Below, in pieces: positions 19,647 through 29,439 of a stretch of DNA of 64,000 nucleotides. A model generated the notes under the pieces. The model had not been told where the DNA came from, did no database searches, and worked only from the letters and a program-made list of their open reading frames with translations. The stretch covers positions 32,001-96,000 of the forward strand of contig CAMTVD010000013.1 of the NCBI GenBank assembly GCA_947085095.1, written 5' to 3'. The stretch comes from an uncultured Thermus sp. (GTDB lineage: Bacteria; Deinococcota; Deinococci; Deinococcales; Thermaceae). Position 1 is the stretch's first letter, and each line of letters begins with the position of its first letter. The translations under genes were made by a program, and so were the position numbers.

Positions 19647-21020
19647 CTAGCCCAAAAGGAGGTCCCGGGCCCGCAGGGCCAGGTGCACCCGGGCCAGCAC
19701 CTCGGGGCGGGAGAGGGGGCCGAGGAGCCGCTCCATGCGCCTCAGGCGGTAGCGCAGGGTGTTGGGGTGGATGTGGAGCCTCTGGGCCGCCTCCTCCAGG
19801 CTTTGCGACTCCAGGTAGGCCTCCAGGGTCTTGAGGAGCTTTGGGGGAAGGGGGAGGTAGCGCTCCACCAGGGCCTTTAGGTCCTCGGGGGACTGTTGCA
19901 GGAGGACGAAGGCCACGGGGTCAAGCCCGGTGAAGGAGAGGGCCTCCCCGGGTCTGGCGGCCTTCAAGGCGATGAGGGCCTCCCGGTAGGCCTCGGCCAC
20001 CTCCCCCCCGGCGTGGACCGCCGAGTAGCCCAGGCGGCTTCCCGGGGGGAGGGCGGCGAGGAGGGTTCCCGCCTCCTTTTTGGGGCTGTGCACCTGCCAC
20101 ATGGCCAGGAGCCGGTTCCCCCGCACCCCCAGGAGGTAGGGCACCCCTAAGCGGTCCAGGTAGGCCCCAGAGCGCCGCCGTAGCTCCAAGGTGGCCTCCC
20201 GCCTCCTTTCCTCCGCCAGGCGGTGCCGCCCCGGGACGGAGGGGGGCTCCACCAGGGCCAGGACCCACTCCACCCCCTCGGTGAAGCCGAAGGCGAAAAG
20301 CCTCTCGGGCTCCGCCTCCCCCAGGACCAGGGCCAAAAGGAGGGCTTCCCCCAGGGACTCCTCCTGCATCCTTTCCAAGCTCTTCTCCAAAGCCCGCACC
20401 CGCAGGAGGCGGGCCGCCACCTCCAAAAGCCCCCGCGATGTCCGCAAAACCCCCTCCTCCCCGTAGGCCACCAAAACCCCCTCCCCCGCCTCCAGGGCCA
20501 GGTAGCCCTTCCCCTCCCCGGGGGCCTTGGGGTGTTCCGGGGGCACGGGCCCGGCGAAGCCCAGGACCTCCCCCCAGGGGGCCACCCGGGCCAGGGAGAG
20601 GCCCGTGGCCTGGTGGAGAACCTCCAAGAGGGGCCTTTCCGGGAGCTTGAGGAGGAGGTCCAAAAGCCCCGCCAGGGCCATCCCCGGCCCCAGGGCGAAG
20701 AGCCTTAAGGAGATGGCCCTTTCCAGCTCCTCCCGCTTAAGCCAGGGGGGGTAGAGGGCCAGGCCCAGGCCCTCCCGCTCGGCGAAGCTCTGCACCTCGA
20801 GGTCGGGCTCGGGGAGGAGGAGGCCCGAGGCGGCGCGGTGGCGGAAGAGGCTCCCTTCCGGGCGGAACAGCAGCAGGGCCCCCTCTTGGGCGAGGAGGGG
20901 CCTGGGCTCGGGGAGGAGGTAGAAGACGGGCCTGTCCGAGGGGACCAGGACGGTGAGGCCCAGGTCCTGCATGAGGGCAGAGAAGCCTATGGCGTTTTCA
21001 CCAAAGTTAGCCAGGGTCAT
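19647..21020 (-). CDS. PucR/CdaR-family transcriptional regulator
   Basis: C-terminal TLEAYLE...AAQRLHIHPNTLRYRLRR HTH; true start likely ATG 21020 (or 20971), because the longer ORF overlaps hpaI. Confidence 0.85.
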   Translation of the reverse strand: MTLANFGENAIGFSALMQDLGLTVLVPSDRPVFYLLPEPRPLLAQEGALLLFRPEGSLFRHRAASGLLLPEPDLEVQSFAEREGLGLALYPPWLKREELERAISLRLFALGPGMALAGLLDLLLKLPERPLLEVLHQATGLSLARVAPWGEVLGFAGPVPPEHPKAPGEGKGYLALEAGEGVLVAYGEEGVLRTSRGLLEVAARLLRVRALEKSLERMQEESLGEALLLALVLGEAEPERLFAFGFTEGVEWVLALVEPPSVPGRHRLAEERRREATLELRRRSGAYLDRLGVPYLLGVRGNRLLAMWQVHSPKKEAGTLLAALPPGSRLGYSAVHAGGEVAEAYREALIALKAARPGEALSFTGLDPVAFVLLQQSPEDLKALVERYLPLPPKLLKTLEAYLESQSLEEAAQRLHIHPNTLRYRLRRMERLLGPLSRPEVLARVHLALRARDLLLG

Positions 21021-21165
21021 GGTGCAAAAGCACCATACCACACCCTGGCTTCTCCGGGAGATCTCTGATTTTTGTTGTTGAGACCAAAATGTAGCGGAAC
21101 ATTGTCTAATAGCATGATTGCCCTTCCCCCAGGCCCGCCCCATCCTGGGAGGTGAAAGGAGCCCC

Positions 21166-22056
21166 ATGTTCCGCGGGTCCATACCACCCCTCATCACCCC
21201 TTTTCGGCGGGGCCAGATTGACGAGGCGGCTCTGAGGCGGCTTGTGGACCGAGCCATCCAGGGGGGCTCCCACGGGATCAGCGTGGGGGGCACCACCGGG
21301 GAGCCCGGCACCCAGACCCTGGAGGAGAGGAAGCGGGTCATAAGCATCGCCGTGGAGGAGGCGGCGGGCCGGGTCCCGGTCCTGGCGGGCACGGGGTCCT
21401 TGCGGTTAGAGGAAACCCTGGAGCTCACCCGCTACGCCCAGGAGGTGGGGGCAACGGGAGCCATGGTCATCGTCCCCTACTACGTGAAGCCCAACCAGGA
21501 GGGCCTCTACCGCTACTTCGCCGAGGTGGCCCGGGCGGTCCCCGATTTTCCCCTCATCCTCTACAACATCCCGGGCCGGAGCGGGGTGGAGATCGCCCCC
21601 AGGACCGTGGCCCGCCTCAGGCGGGACTTCCCCAACATCCTGGGCCTCAAGCACTCCTCCAAGGACCTGGAGTACCTCTCCCACCTCCTAGAGGAGGCGG
21701 GGCGGGACTTCCTGGTCTTCTGCGGCCTGGAGAGCCTCACCCTGCCCATGATGAGCTTGGGGGCCGTGGGCACCATCGCCGCCACCGCCAACTGGCTTCC
21801 TAAGGAGGTGGCCCTCCTCTGCGAGAAAGCCCTTGCCGGGGACTACCAGGGAGCCAGGGAGATGCACTTCTACCTCCTCGAGGCCAACGAGGCCATCTTC
21901 TGGGACACGAACCCCATCCCCTTGAAGACCGTCCTCTCCTGGATGGGCCTCTGCGAGAAGGAGTGGCGCCTGCCCCTCGCCCCCACCACCCCCGAGGTGG
22001 AGGAGCGGCTCAGGCGCATGGCGGAGCGCTACGGCCTTTTGGGGGGTGGAGCGTGA
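21166..22056 (+). CDS. hpaI: 2,4-dihydroxyhept-2-enedioate aldolase (DHDPS fold)
   Basis: GTTGE, PYYVKPNQEGLY, YNIPGR, TNPIPLK; hpa cluster context. Confidence 0.85.
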   Translation: MFRGSIPPLITPFRRGQIDEAALRRLVDRAIQGGSHGISVGGTTGEPGTQTLEERKRVISIAVEEAAGRVPVLAGTGSLRLEETLELTRYAQEVGATGAMVIVPYYVKPNQEGLYRYFAEVARAVPDFPLILYNIPGRSGVEIAPRTVARLRRDFPNILGLKHSSKDLEYLSHLLEEAGRDFLVFCGLESLTLPMMSLGAVGTIAATANWLPKEVALLCEKALAGDYQGAREMHFYLLEANEAIFWDTNPIPLKTVLSWMGLCEKEWRLPLAPTTPEVEERLRRMAERYGLLGGGA

Positions 22057-22793
22057 AGCTAGCCCGCTTCCTCCACAAGGGCCGGGTCCACCAGGGGGTC
22101 TTTCGGGAGGGCCTCCTCCTGGACGAGGCGGGGGAGGCCCATTCCCCCGAGGAGGTCACCTGGCTCCTCCCCTTTACCCCGGGGAAGGTCCTGGGCGTGG
22201 CCCTGAACTACGCCGACCACGCCGAGGAGCTGGGCCTGGGGCGCCCCGAGGAGCCCGCCCTCTTCTGGAAGCCTAATACCAGCCTCCTCCCCCACCAGGG
22301 CACCGTCCTCTACCCCAAGGGGGCGGAGTTCGTCCACTACGAGGTGGAGCTCGCCGTGGTGGTGGGCCGCCCCATGAAGCGGGTGAGGGCGAGGGACGCC
22401 CTGGACTACGTCCTCGGCTACACCATCGCCAACGACCTGGTGGCCCGGGACTTCGTCCAGAACACCTTCCGCCCCCCCATAAGGGCCAAGGGCCGGGACA
22501 CCTTCCTCCCCTTGGGGCCCTTTTTGGTGGTGGGGGAGGTGGAAGACCCCCAGAACCTGTGGCTAAGGGCCTACGTGAACGGGGAGCTTAGGCAGGAGGG
22601 GCACACCTCGAGGATGCTCTATAGCGTGGCCGAGCTCCTCGCCTTCATCTCCGAGTTCATGACCCTGGAGCCCTATGACGTCCTCCTCACCGGCACCCCC
22701 AAGGGGGTGAGCCGGGTGCGGCCGGGGGACGTGATGCGCCTGGAGATAGAGGGCCTGGGGGCCCTGGAGAACCCCATAGAGGAGGAGGCATGA
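22053..22793 (+). CDS. hpaG: HpaG-like isomerase/decarboxylase (FAH family)
   Basis: LNYADHAEEL, HYEVEL, GYTIAND, TGTPKG; GTG start overlaps the hpaI stop. Confidence 0.88.
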   Translation: MKLARFLHKGRVHQGVFREGLLLDEAGEAHSPEEVTWLLPFTPGKVLGVALNYADHAEELGLGRPEEPALFWKPNTSLLPHQGTVLYPKGAEFVHYEVELAVVVGRPMKRVRARDALDYVLGYTIANDLVARDFVQNTFRPPIRAKGRDTFLPLGPFLVVGEVEDPQNLWLRAYVNGELRQEGHTSRMLYSVAELLAFISEFMTLEPYDVLLTGTPKGVSRVRPGDVMRLEIEGLGALENPIEEEA

Positions 22794-24343
22794 GGTACCA
22801 GGACCAGGTGGCAGGCATCCCTTGGGAGAGGATTGAGGAGGTGCGGAAGCGGCTTGGGGAAAGGCCCGCCCTCCACTTCATCGCCGGGGAGTTCGTGCCC
22901 TCGGAAAACGGGGAGACCTTTCCCTCCCTGGACCCCGCCACGAACGAGGTCCTGGGGGAGGCGGCGAGGGGGGGGAGGGTAGAGGTGGACCGGGCGGCCA
23001 AGGCGGCCCTCGAGGCCTTCCAGAAGTGGAGCCGCACCCGGGCCAGGGAAAGAAAGCGCTACCTCCTGAAGATCGCCGAGCTCATAGAGAAGCACGCCGA
23101 CGAACTCGCGGTCACGGAGTGCCTGGATGCGGGGCAGGTTCTGAGGATCGTCCGCGCCCAGGTGGCCCGGGCGGCGGAGAACTTCGCCTTCTACGCCGAG
23201 TACGCCGAGCACGCCATGGAGGACCGCACCTACCCTGTGGACCGGGACTGGCTCTACTACGCCCTCCGGGTCCCCGCGGGCCCCGTGGGCATCATCACCC
23301 CCTGGAACGCCCCCCTCATGCTCTCCACCTGGCGCATCGCCCCGGCTTTGGCCTTCGGGGACACCGTGGTCCTGAAGCCCGCCGAGTGGAGCCCCTTCAC
23401 CGCCACGAAGCTTGCCGAGATCCTCCAGGAGGCGGACCTGCCCCCCGGGGTCTTCAACCTGGTCCAGGGCTATGGCGAGGAGGCGGGGGCCGCTTTGGTG
23501 GCCCACCCCCTGGTTCCCCTCATCACCCTCACCGGGGAGACGGAGACGGGGAGGATCGTCATGAAAAACGCCGCCCAGCACCTCAAGCGGCTTTCCCTGG
23601 AACTTGGCGGCAAAAGCCCCGCCCTGGTCTTCGCCGATGCCGATCTGGAAAGGGCATTGGACGCCGTGGTATTCCAGATCTACTCCTTCAACGGGGAGCG
23701 GTGCACGGCGAGCTCCCGGCTTCTGGTGGAGGAGCGCATCTTTGAGGCCTTCGTGGCCCGGGTGGCGGAAAGGGCGGGGAGGATCCGGGTGGGCCACCCC
23801 CTGGACCCGGAGACCGAGGTGGGGCCCCTGATCCACCCCGAGCACCTCCAAAGGGTCCTGGGCTACATAGAGGCGGGGAAGGGGGAAGGGGCCAGGCTTC
23901 TCGTGGGCGGGGAGCGGGCCCTAAGGTCCTTCCGGGGGGAGGACCTCTCCCGGGGGAACTACCTCCTGCCCACCCTCTTCGTGGGGGAGAACGGGATGAA
24001 GATCGCCCAGGAGGAGATCTTCGGCCCCGTTTTGGTGGCCATCCCCTTCAAGGACGAGGAGGAGGCCCTCAGGAAGGCGAACGACACCCGCTATGGCCTC
24101 GCCGCCTACGTCTTCACCCGGGACCTGGAGAGGGCCCACCGCCTGGCCCTGGAGCTTCAGGCGGGGATGGTCTACCTCAATAGCCACAACGTCCGCCACC
24201 TCCCCACCCCCTTCGGCGGGGTGAAGGGGAGCGGGGACCGGCGGGAAGGGGGGCATTACGCCCTGGACTTCTACACGGACCTGAAGAGCGTGGGCCTCCC
24301 CTTGAGGCCCCCCCACGTGCCCAAGTTCGGCCAAGGAGGCTAG
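22790..24343 (+). CDS. hpaE: 5-carboxymethyl-2-hydroxymuconate semialdehyde dehydrogenase
   Basis: ITPWNAP, ELGGKSP, NGERCTA, EEIFGP, NSHNVRHL. Confidence 0.92.
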   Translation: MRYQDQVAGIPWERIEEVRKRLGERPALHFIAGEFVPSENGETFPSLDPATNEVLGEAARGGRVEVDRAAKAALEAFQKWSRTRARERKRYLLKIAELIEKHADELAVTECLDAGQVLRIVRAQVARAAENFAFYAEYAEHAMEDRTYPVDRDWLYYALRVPAGPVGIITPWNAPLMLSTWRIAPALAFGDTVVLKPAEWSPFTATKLAEILQEADLPPGVFNLVQGYGEEAGAALVAHPLVPLITLTGETETGRIVMKNAAQHLKRLSLELGGKSPALVFADADLERALDAVVFQIYSFNGERCTASSRLLVEERIFEAFVARVAERAGRIRVGHPLDPETEVGPLIHPEHLQRVLGYIEAGKGEGARLLVGGERALRSFRGEDLSRGNYLLPTLFVGENGMKIAQEEIFGPVLVAIPFKDEEEALRKANDTRYGLAAYVFTRDLERAHRLALELQAGMVYLNSHNVRHLPTPFGGVKGSGDRREGGHYALDFYTDLKSVGLPLRPPHVPKFGQGG

Positions 24344-24344
24344 C

Positions 24345-25796
24345 ATGGCGAGGACGGGAGCGGAGTACATAGAAGCTCTAAGGATGCGCCCCCCCAACCT
24401 CTGGTACAAGGGGGAGAAGGTGGAAGACCCCACCACCCACCCGGTCTTCCGGGGGATCGTGCGCACCATGGCCGCCCTTTACGACCTGCAGCACGACCCC
24501 CGTCACCGGGAGGCCCTCACCTACGAGGAGGAGGGGCGGCGGCACGGGATGAGCTTCCTCATCCCCAGGACCAAGGAGGACCTCAAGCGGCGGGGGAGGG
24601 CCTACAAGCTCTGGGCTGACCAGAACCTGGGGATGATGGGCCGAAGCCCCGACTACCTCAACGCCGTGGTCATGGCCTACGCCGCCAGCGCCGAGTACTT
24701 TGGGGAGTTCGCCGATAATGTCCGCAACTATTACAAATACCTTCGGGACCAGGACCTGGCCACCACCCACGCCCTCACCAACCCCCAGGTGAACCGGGCC
24801 AAGCCCCCCTCGGCCCAGCCCGACCCCTACATCCCCGTGGGGGTGGTGCGCCAAACGGATCAGGGCATCGTGGTCCGGGGGGCGCGGATGACGGCCACCT
24901 TTCCCCTGGCGGACGAGGTGCTCATCTTCCCCTCCACCCTCCTCAAGGAGGGCCCCGGGGCGGAGAAGTACGCCATCGCCTTCGCCCTGCCCACCTCCAC
25001 CCCGGGCCTCCACTTCGTCTGCCGGGAAGGCCTGGTGGGGGGGGATAGCCCCTTTGACCACCCCCTCAGTAGCCGCCTCGAGGAGATGGACTGCCTGGTC
25101 ATTTTTGACGAGGTCCTGGTCCCCTGGGAAAGGGTCTTCATCCTGGGGAGCGTGGAGCTCTGCAACAACGCCTACGCCGCCACCGGGGCCCTGAACCACA
25201 TGGCCCACCAGGTGGTGGCCCTGAAGACCGCCAAGACCGAGGCCTTCCTGGGGGTGGCGGCCCTCATGGCCGAGGGGATCGGGGCCGACGCCTACGCCCA
25301 CGTCCAGGAGAAGATCGCCGAGATCATCGTCTACCTGGAGGCCATGCGGGCCTTCTGGACCCGGGCGGAGGAGGAGGCCAAGGAGAACGCTTACGGCCTC
25401 CTGGTCCCGGACCGCGGGGCCCTGGACGGGGCCCGGAACCTCTACCCCAGGCTCTACCCCCGCCTGAGGGAGATCCTGGAGCAGATCGGGGCCTCTGGAC
25501 TCATCACCCTGCCCTCGGAGAGGGACTTCCTTGGCCCCCTGGCCCCCCTTTTGGAGAAGTACCTGCAGGGGGCGACCCTCGAGGCCAAGGAGCGGGTGGC
25601 CCTCTTCCGGCTGGCCTGGGACATGACCCTCTCGGGCTTCGGGGCCCGGCAGGAGCTTTACGAGCGCTTCTTCTTCGGGGACCCGGTGCGCATGCACCAG
25701 ACCCTCTACAGCGTCTACGACAAGGAGCCCTACAAGGCCCGTATCCGGGAGTTTCTTAGGGCTTCTTTGCAGGTCTTCGCGGAGGTGGGGGCGTGA
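24345..25796 (+). CDS. hpaB: 4-hydroxyphenylacetate 3-monooxygenase, oxygenase component
   Basis: GRSPDYLN, HALTNPQVNR, FDHPLSSRLEEMD, RQELYERFFFGDP. Confidence 0.95.
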   Translation: MARTGAEYIEALRMRPPNLWYKGEKVEDPTTHPVFRGIVRTMAALYDLQHDPRHREALTYEEEGRRHGMSFLIPRTKEDLKRRGRAYKLWADQNLGMMGRSPDYLNAVVMAYAASAEYFGEFADNVRNYYKYLRDQDLATTHALTNPQVNRAKPPSAQPDPYIPVGVVRQTDQGIVVRGARMTATFPLADEVLIFPSTLLKEGPGAEKYAIAFALPTSTPGLHFVCREGLVGGDSPFDHPLSSRLEEMDCLVIFDEVLVPWERVFILGSVELCNNAYAATGALNHMAHQVVALKTAKTEAFLGVAALMAEGIGADAYAHVQEKIAEIIVYLEAMRAFWTRAEEEAKENAYGLLVPDRGALDGARNLYPRLYPRLREILEQIGASGLITLPSERDFLGPLAPLLEKYLQGATLEAKERVALFRLAWDMTLSGFGARQELYERFFFGDPVRMHQTLYSVYDKEPYKARIREFLRASLQVFAEVGA

Positions 25797-26242
25797 GGGA
25801 GGCCTTCAAGGAGGCCATGAGCCGCTTCGCCGCCGGGGTTACCGTGGTCTCCGCCCGCTTGGGCGAGGAGGAAAGGGGCATGACCGCCACCGCCTTCATG
25901 TCCCTGAGCCTCGAGCCCCCCTTGGTGGCCCTAGGGATCTGGGAGGAGGCCAAGATCCTTCCCCTCCTGGAAAAGAGCGGGGCCTTTACCGTGAGCCTTC
26001 TAAGGGAGGGGCAGGAGGGGGTTTCCCAGCACTTCGCTGGCAGGCCCCAGGAAGGGGTCTTCCTGGTGGAGGGGGCCGTGCCCGGGGCCCTGGCGGTATT
26101 GCGGTGCCGCCTTACGGCCCTCCACCCCGGGGGGGACCACCGCCTGGTGGTGGGGCGGGTGGAGGAGGTGGCCCTGGGGGAGGCTGGCCCCCCCTTGGTC
26201 TACTTCGCCCGGGGCTACAGGAGGTTGGTATGGCCATCGTGA
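25793..26242 (+). CDS. hpaC: Flavin reductase component
   Basis: FAAGVTVV, GMTATAFMSLSLEPP, GDH, PLVYF. Confidence 0.93.
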   Translation: MREAFKEAMSRFAAGVTVVSARLGEEERGMTATAFMSLSLEPPLVALGIWEEAKILPLLEKSGAFTVSLLREGQEGVSQHFAGRPQEGVFLVEGAVPGALAVLRCRLTALHPGGDHRLVVGRVEEVALGEAGPPLVYFARGYRRLVWPS

Positions 26243-27189
26243 GGGTGGGGTTCTTGGAGCTTTGGGTTAGGGACTTGGAAAGGAGCCTGGAGTTTTACCA
26301 GGGGCTTTTGGGCCTTCGCCTGGAGCATAGGGAGGGGAAGAGCGCCTACCTCCGGGGCTACGAGGAGCTGGAGTGGAGCCTGAAGCTCAAGGAGGCGGAC
26401 TTCCCGGCGGTGCGGAGCCTGGGCTTCAAGGTGGACTCGGAGGAGGGGATGGAGGCCCTAAGGGCCTGGGCAGAGCGGGAGGGGCTTCCCCACCAGGAGG
26501 AGGCCGACTGGGGCCGTCCCGAGGTCCTCCGGGTCCAGGACCCCTTCGGCTACCCCCTGGCCTTCTACTTCCAGGCGGCGAAGCTCCCCAGGGTCCTCCA
26601 GCGCTACCACGAGCACCGGGGCCCGGGCCTTTTGCGCCTGGACCACCTGAACGTCTTCTCCCCGGAGGTTTCCCAGGCCACCCGGTACTACCAGGAGGCC
26701 CTGGGCTTCCGCTTGAGCGAGTACACCGAGGACGAGGAGGGCAGGCTCTGGGCCAGCTGGCTCCACCGCAAGGGCAACGTCCACGACATCGCCTTCACCA
26801 ACGGGGAAGGTCCCAGGCTCCACCACTTCGCCTACTGGCTCCCCGACGCCATGGCCATCCTCCGGGCGGCGGACATCCTGGCGGGGGCCATGCGCACCGA
26901 CCAGATTGAGAGGGGCCCCGGGCGGCACGGGATCTCCAACGCCATGTTCCTCTACCTCAAGGACCCCGACGGCCACCGCGTGGAGCTCTACACCTCCGAC
27001 TACCTCACCGTGGACCCCGACCATCCCCCCTTGCGCTGGTCCCTCAACGACCCCCGCCGCCAGACCCTCTGGGGGCACCGCACCCCCAAAAGCTGGTTCC
27101 TGGAGGGAAGCCCTCTCCTGGACCTGGAGGGAAGGCCTCTCCCCACGCGGGCTTCCCGCCTGGAGGGCATCCCCCAGCACGTCATCTAG
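26230..27189 (+). CDS. hpaD: 3,4-dihydroxyphenylacetate 2,3-dioxygenase
   Basis: RLDHLN, HDIA, LHH, ERGPGRHGISNA, DPDGHRVELY. Confidence 0.93.
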   Translation: MAIVRVGFLELWVRDLERSLEFYQGLLGLRLEHREGKSAYLRGYEELEWSLKLKEADFPAVRSLGFKVDSEEGMEALRAWAEREGLPHQEEADWGRPEVLRVQDPFGYPLAFYFQAAKLPRVLQRYHEHRGPGLLRLDHLNVFSPEVSQATRYYQEALGFRLSEYTEDEEGRLWASWLHRKGNVHDIAFTNGEGPRLHHFAYWLPDAMAILRAADILAGAMRTDQIERGPGRHGISNAMFLYLKDPDGHRVELYTSDYLTVDPDHPPLRWSLNDPRRQTLWGHRTPKSWFLEGSPLLDLEGRPLPTRASRLEGIPQHVI

Positions 27190-27194
27190 GCCCC

Positions 27195-27242
27195 TTGACG
27201 GGACAAAGGTCCCTTCCTATGCTTGAAGCAAACGTTAGTTAG
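27195..27242 (+). promoter_or_regulatory. sigmaA promoter with PaaR-type operator for the ABC-paaIK operon
   Basis: TTGACG-N17-TATGCT (27195-27223); CAAACGTTAGTTAG (27229-27242), one mismatch to the recalled PaaR consensus CNAACGNNCGTTNG. Confidence 0.75.
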
Positions 27243-27285
27243 GCCCAACCGGGCCCCAGGCCCGTGGGAAAAAAGGAGGTGCGAG

Positions 27286-28458
27286 ATGAAGCGTTGGCTC
27301 TTGGCAGGTCTTTTCCTGGTGGTTTCGGCTTTGGCCCAAGGGGCCCTCAAGGTGGGGGTGGTGGTTTCCACCACCGGCCCCGCCGCTTCCTTGGGCATCC
27401 CCGAGCGGAACACCATGCTCCTCATCCAGGACATCCTGGACCGCACGGGGGGCGTGGCCGGGAGGAAGGTGCAGTTCATCATCCTGGACGACGCCTCGGA
27501 CACCACCCAGGCGGTGCGGAACACCAGGCGCCTGGTGGAGGAGGGCGTGGTGGCCATCATCGGCACCACCACCACCCCGGCCTCCTTGGGCATGATCCCC
27601 GTGGTGGCCGAGGCCAGGGTGCCCACCATCTCCCTGGCCGCCAGCAAGGACATCATCCACCCGGTGGACGCCCAGCGCTTCTGGGTCTTCAAGACCCCCC
27701 AGACCGAGGAGCTCATGGCCCGGGCCATCGCCGCCGACATGGTGGCCCGGGGGGTGAAGACCGTGGGCTACATCGGCTTCAACGACGCCTACGGGGAGGG
27801 CTGGGCCCGCTTCTTTGAGGCCGAGGCCAGGGCCAAGGGCCTCCAGGTGGTGGTGAGCGAGCGCTACGCCCGCACGGACACCAGCGTCACCGGCCAGGTG
27901 CTGAGGATCCTGGCCCGGAGGCCGGACGCCGTGCTGATCGGGGCCAGCGGCACCCCCGCCGTTCTTCCCCAGCGCACCCTGAGGGAGCGGGGCTATGGGG
28001 GCCTCATCTACCAGACCCACGGGGTGGCCAACCCCGACTTCCTGCGGGTGGGAGGCAAGGATGTGGAGGGCACCCTCCTCCCCGCCGGGCCCATCCTGGT
28101 GGCCGAGCAGCTCCCTGGGGGCTTCCCCAGCAAGCGGGTGGCCCTGGACTACATCCAGCGCTACGAGGCCAAGCACGGCATCGGCTCCTACTCCACCTTT
28201 GGGGCCCACGCCTGGGACGCCTGGCTCATCCTGAGGCCGGCCCTGGAGCGGGCCTTGAGGCGGGCCGATCCCGACAGGGACCTGGCCGCCTTCCGCGCCG
28301 CCCTCCGGGACGAGATTGAGGCTACCCGGGGCCTGGTGGCTACCCACGGGGTCTTCACCTTCAGCAGGGAGGACCACCTGGGCCTCCGCTTTGAGGACAG
28401 CGCGGTGATGGTGCAGGTGGAAGACGGCCGCTGGAAGCTTGTCCGCACCTTCCGCTAG
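27286..28458 (+). CDS. Liv-type ABC substrate-binding protein (probably aromatic acids)
   Basis: Signal peptide; TGPAASLGIPE, LDDASD, DAYGEGW; AAGGAGGT SD. Confidence 0.88.
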   Translation: MKRWLLAGLFLVVSALAQGALKVGVVVSTTGPAASLGIPERNTMLLIQDILDRTGGVAGRKVQFIILDDASDTTQAVRNTRRLVEEGVVAIIGTTTTPASLGMIPVVAEARVPTISLAASKDIIHPVDAQRFWVFKTPQTEELMARAIAADMVARGVKTVGYIGFNDAYGEGWARFFEAEARAKGLQVVVSERYARTDTSVTGQVLRILARRPDAVLIGASGTPAVLPQRTLRERGYGGLIYQTHGVANPDFLRVGGKDVEGTLLPAGPILVAEQLPGGFPSKRVALDYIQRYEAKHGIGSYSTFGAHAWDAWLILRPALERALRRADPDRDLAAFRAALRDEIEATRGLVATHGVFTFSREDHLGLRFEDSAVMVQVEDGRWKLVRTFR

Positions 28459-28461
28459 GCC

Positions 28462-29439
28462 ATGGACGCCACCATCCTCGGCCTCCTCCTCCTGGACGCC
28501 CTGCAGAACGGGGTGATCTACGGCCTTATGGCCGTGGGCCTGGTCCTGGTCTTCGCCGTGACCCGGGTGATCCTGGTGCCCATCGGGGAGCTTCTCATGT
28601 TTGCCCCCCTCTCCCTGGTGTGGCTCCACTCTGGCAAGCTCCCCGGCACCCTGGCCCTGGCCCTGGCCTTGGGCCTCCTCTGGGCCCTCCTGGCCCGGGG
28701 CCGGGGCGGCCTCTGGCCCCTTCTGGGGGGCCTGGGGCTTTTCCTCCTCTTCCTCTTGGCCCTGAGGGTGCCCCTTCTCGCCTACCCCGCCAGCGTCCTC
28801 CTGGTGGTGTACCTGGGGGTGGCCACCTACCGGGTCTTCTTCCAGCCCATGCGGGAGGCCACGGTCCTGGCCTACCTCATCATGGCCGTGGGGCTCCATG
28901 TGGCCTACCAGGGCCTGGGCCTCGTCTTCTTCGGGCCCGAGCAGTACCGCCCCGCCCCCCTCCTCTCGGGGGAGGTGGTGGTGGGGCTTTCCTGGCAGGG
29001 GGTCTTGGTCCTCCTCTTCGCCGGGGCGGCCGTGCTTGGGCTTTACCTTTTCTTCCGCCTTTCCCTATACGGCAAGGCCCTTTTGGCAGCGGCACAGAAC
29101 CGGCTTGGGGCCAGGCTTTCGGGGATTCGCCCCGAGGAAGCGGGGATGGTGGCCTTCGCCATCGCCAGCCTTTTGGCGGGCGTTTCCGGGCTCCTCCTTG
29201 CCCCCCTCATCAACGCCGCCTACTTCATGGGCTTCATGCTGGGCCTGAAGGGCTTCGTGGCGGCCATCCTGGGGGGTCTGGTGAGCTACCCGGTGGCCCT
29301 TTTGGGGGCCCTTCTGGTGGGCCTTTTTGAGAGCTTGACCAGCTTTTACGCCAGCGCCTACAAGGAGGCTTTGGTGTTTCTCCTCTTGGTGCCCGCCCTC
29401 TTTCTCCAAAGCCTCAGGGCCCGTGCGGTGGAGGAGTGA
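28462..29439 (+). CDS. Liv-type ABC permease (LivH-like)
   Basis: GVIYGLMAVGLVLVF, GLKGFVAAILGG. Confidence 0.88.
   Translation: MDATILGLLLLDALQNGVIYGLMAVGLVLVFAVTRVILVPIGELLMFAPLSLVWLHSGKLPGTLALALALGLLWALLARGRGGLWPLLGGLGLFLLFLLALRVPLLAYPASVLLVVYLGVATYRVFFQPMREATVLAYLIMAVGLHVAYQGLGLVFFGPEQYRPAPLLSGEVVVGLSWQGVLVLLFAGAAVLGLYLFFRLSLYGKALLAAAQNRLGARLSGIRPEEAGMVAFAIASLLAGVSGLLLAPLINAAYFMGFMLGLKGFVAAILGGLVSYPVALLGALLVGLFESLTSFYASAYKEALVFLLLVPALFLQSLRARAVEE

Noticed and set aside
21021..21428. N-terminal extension of the PucR-family ORF (593-aa call)
   Set aside because: Overlaps hpaI and its promoter region; a start at 21020 or 20971 is more plausible.
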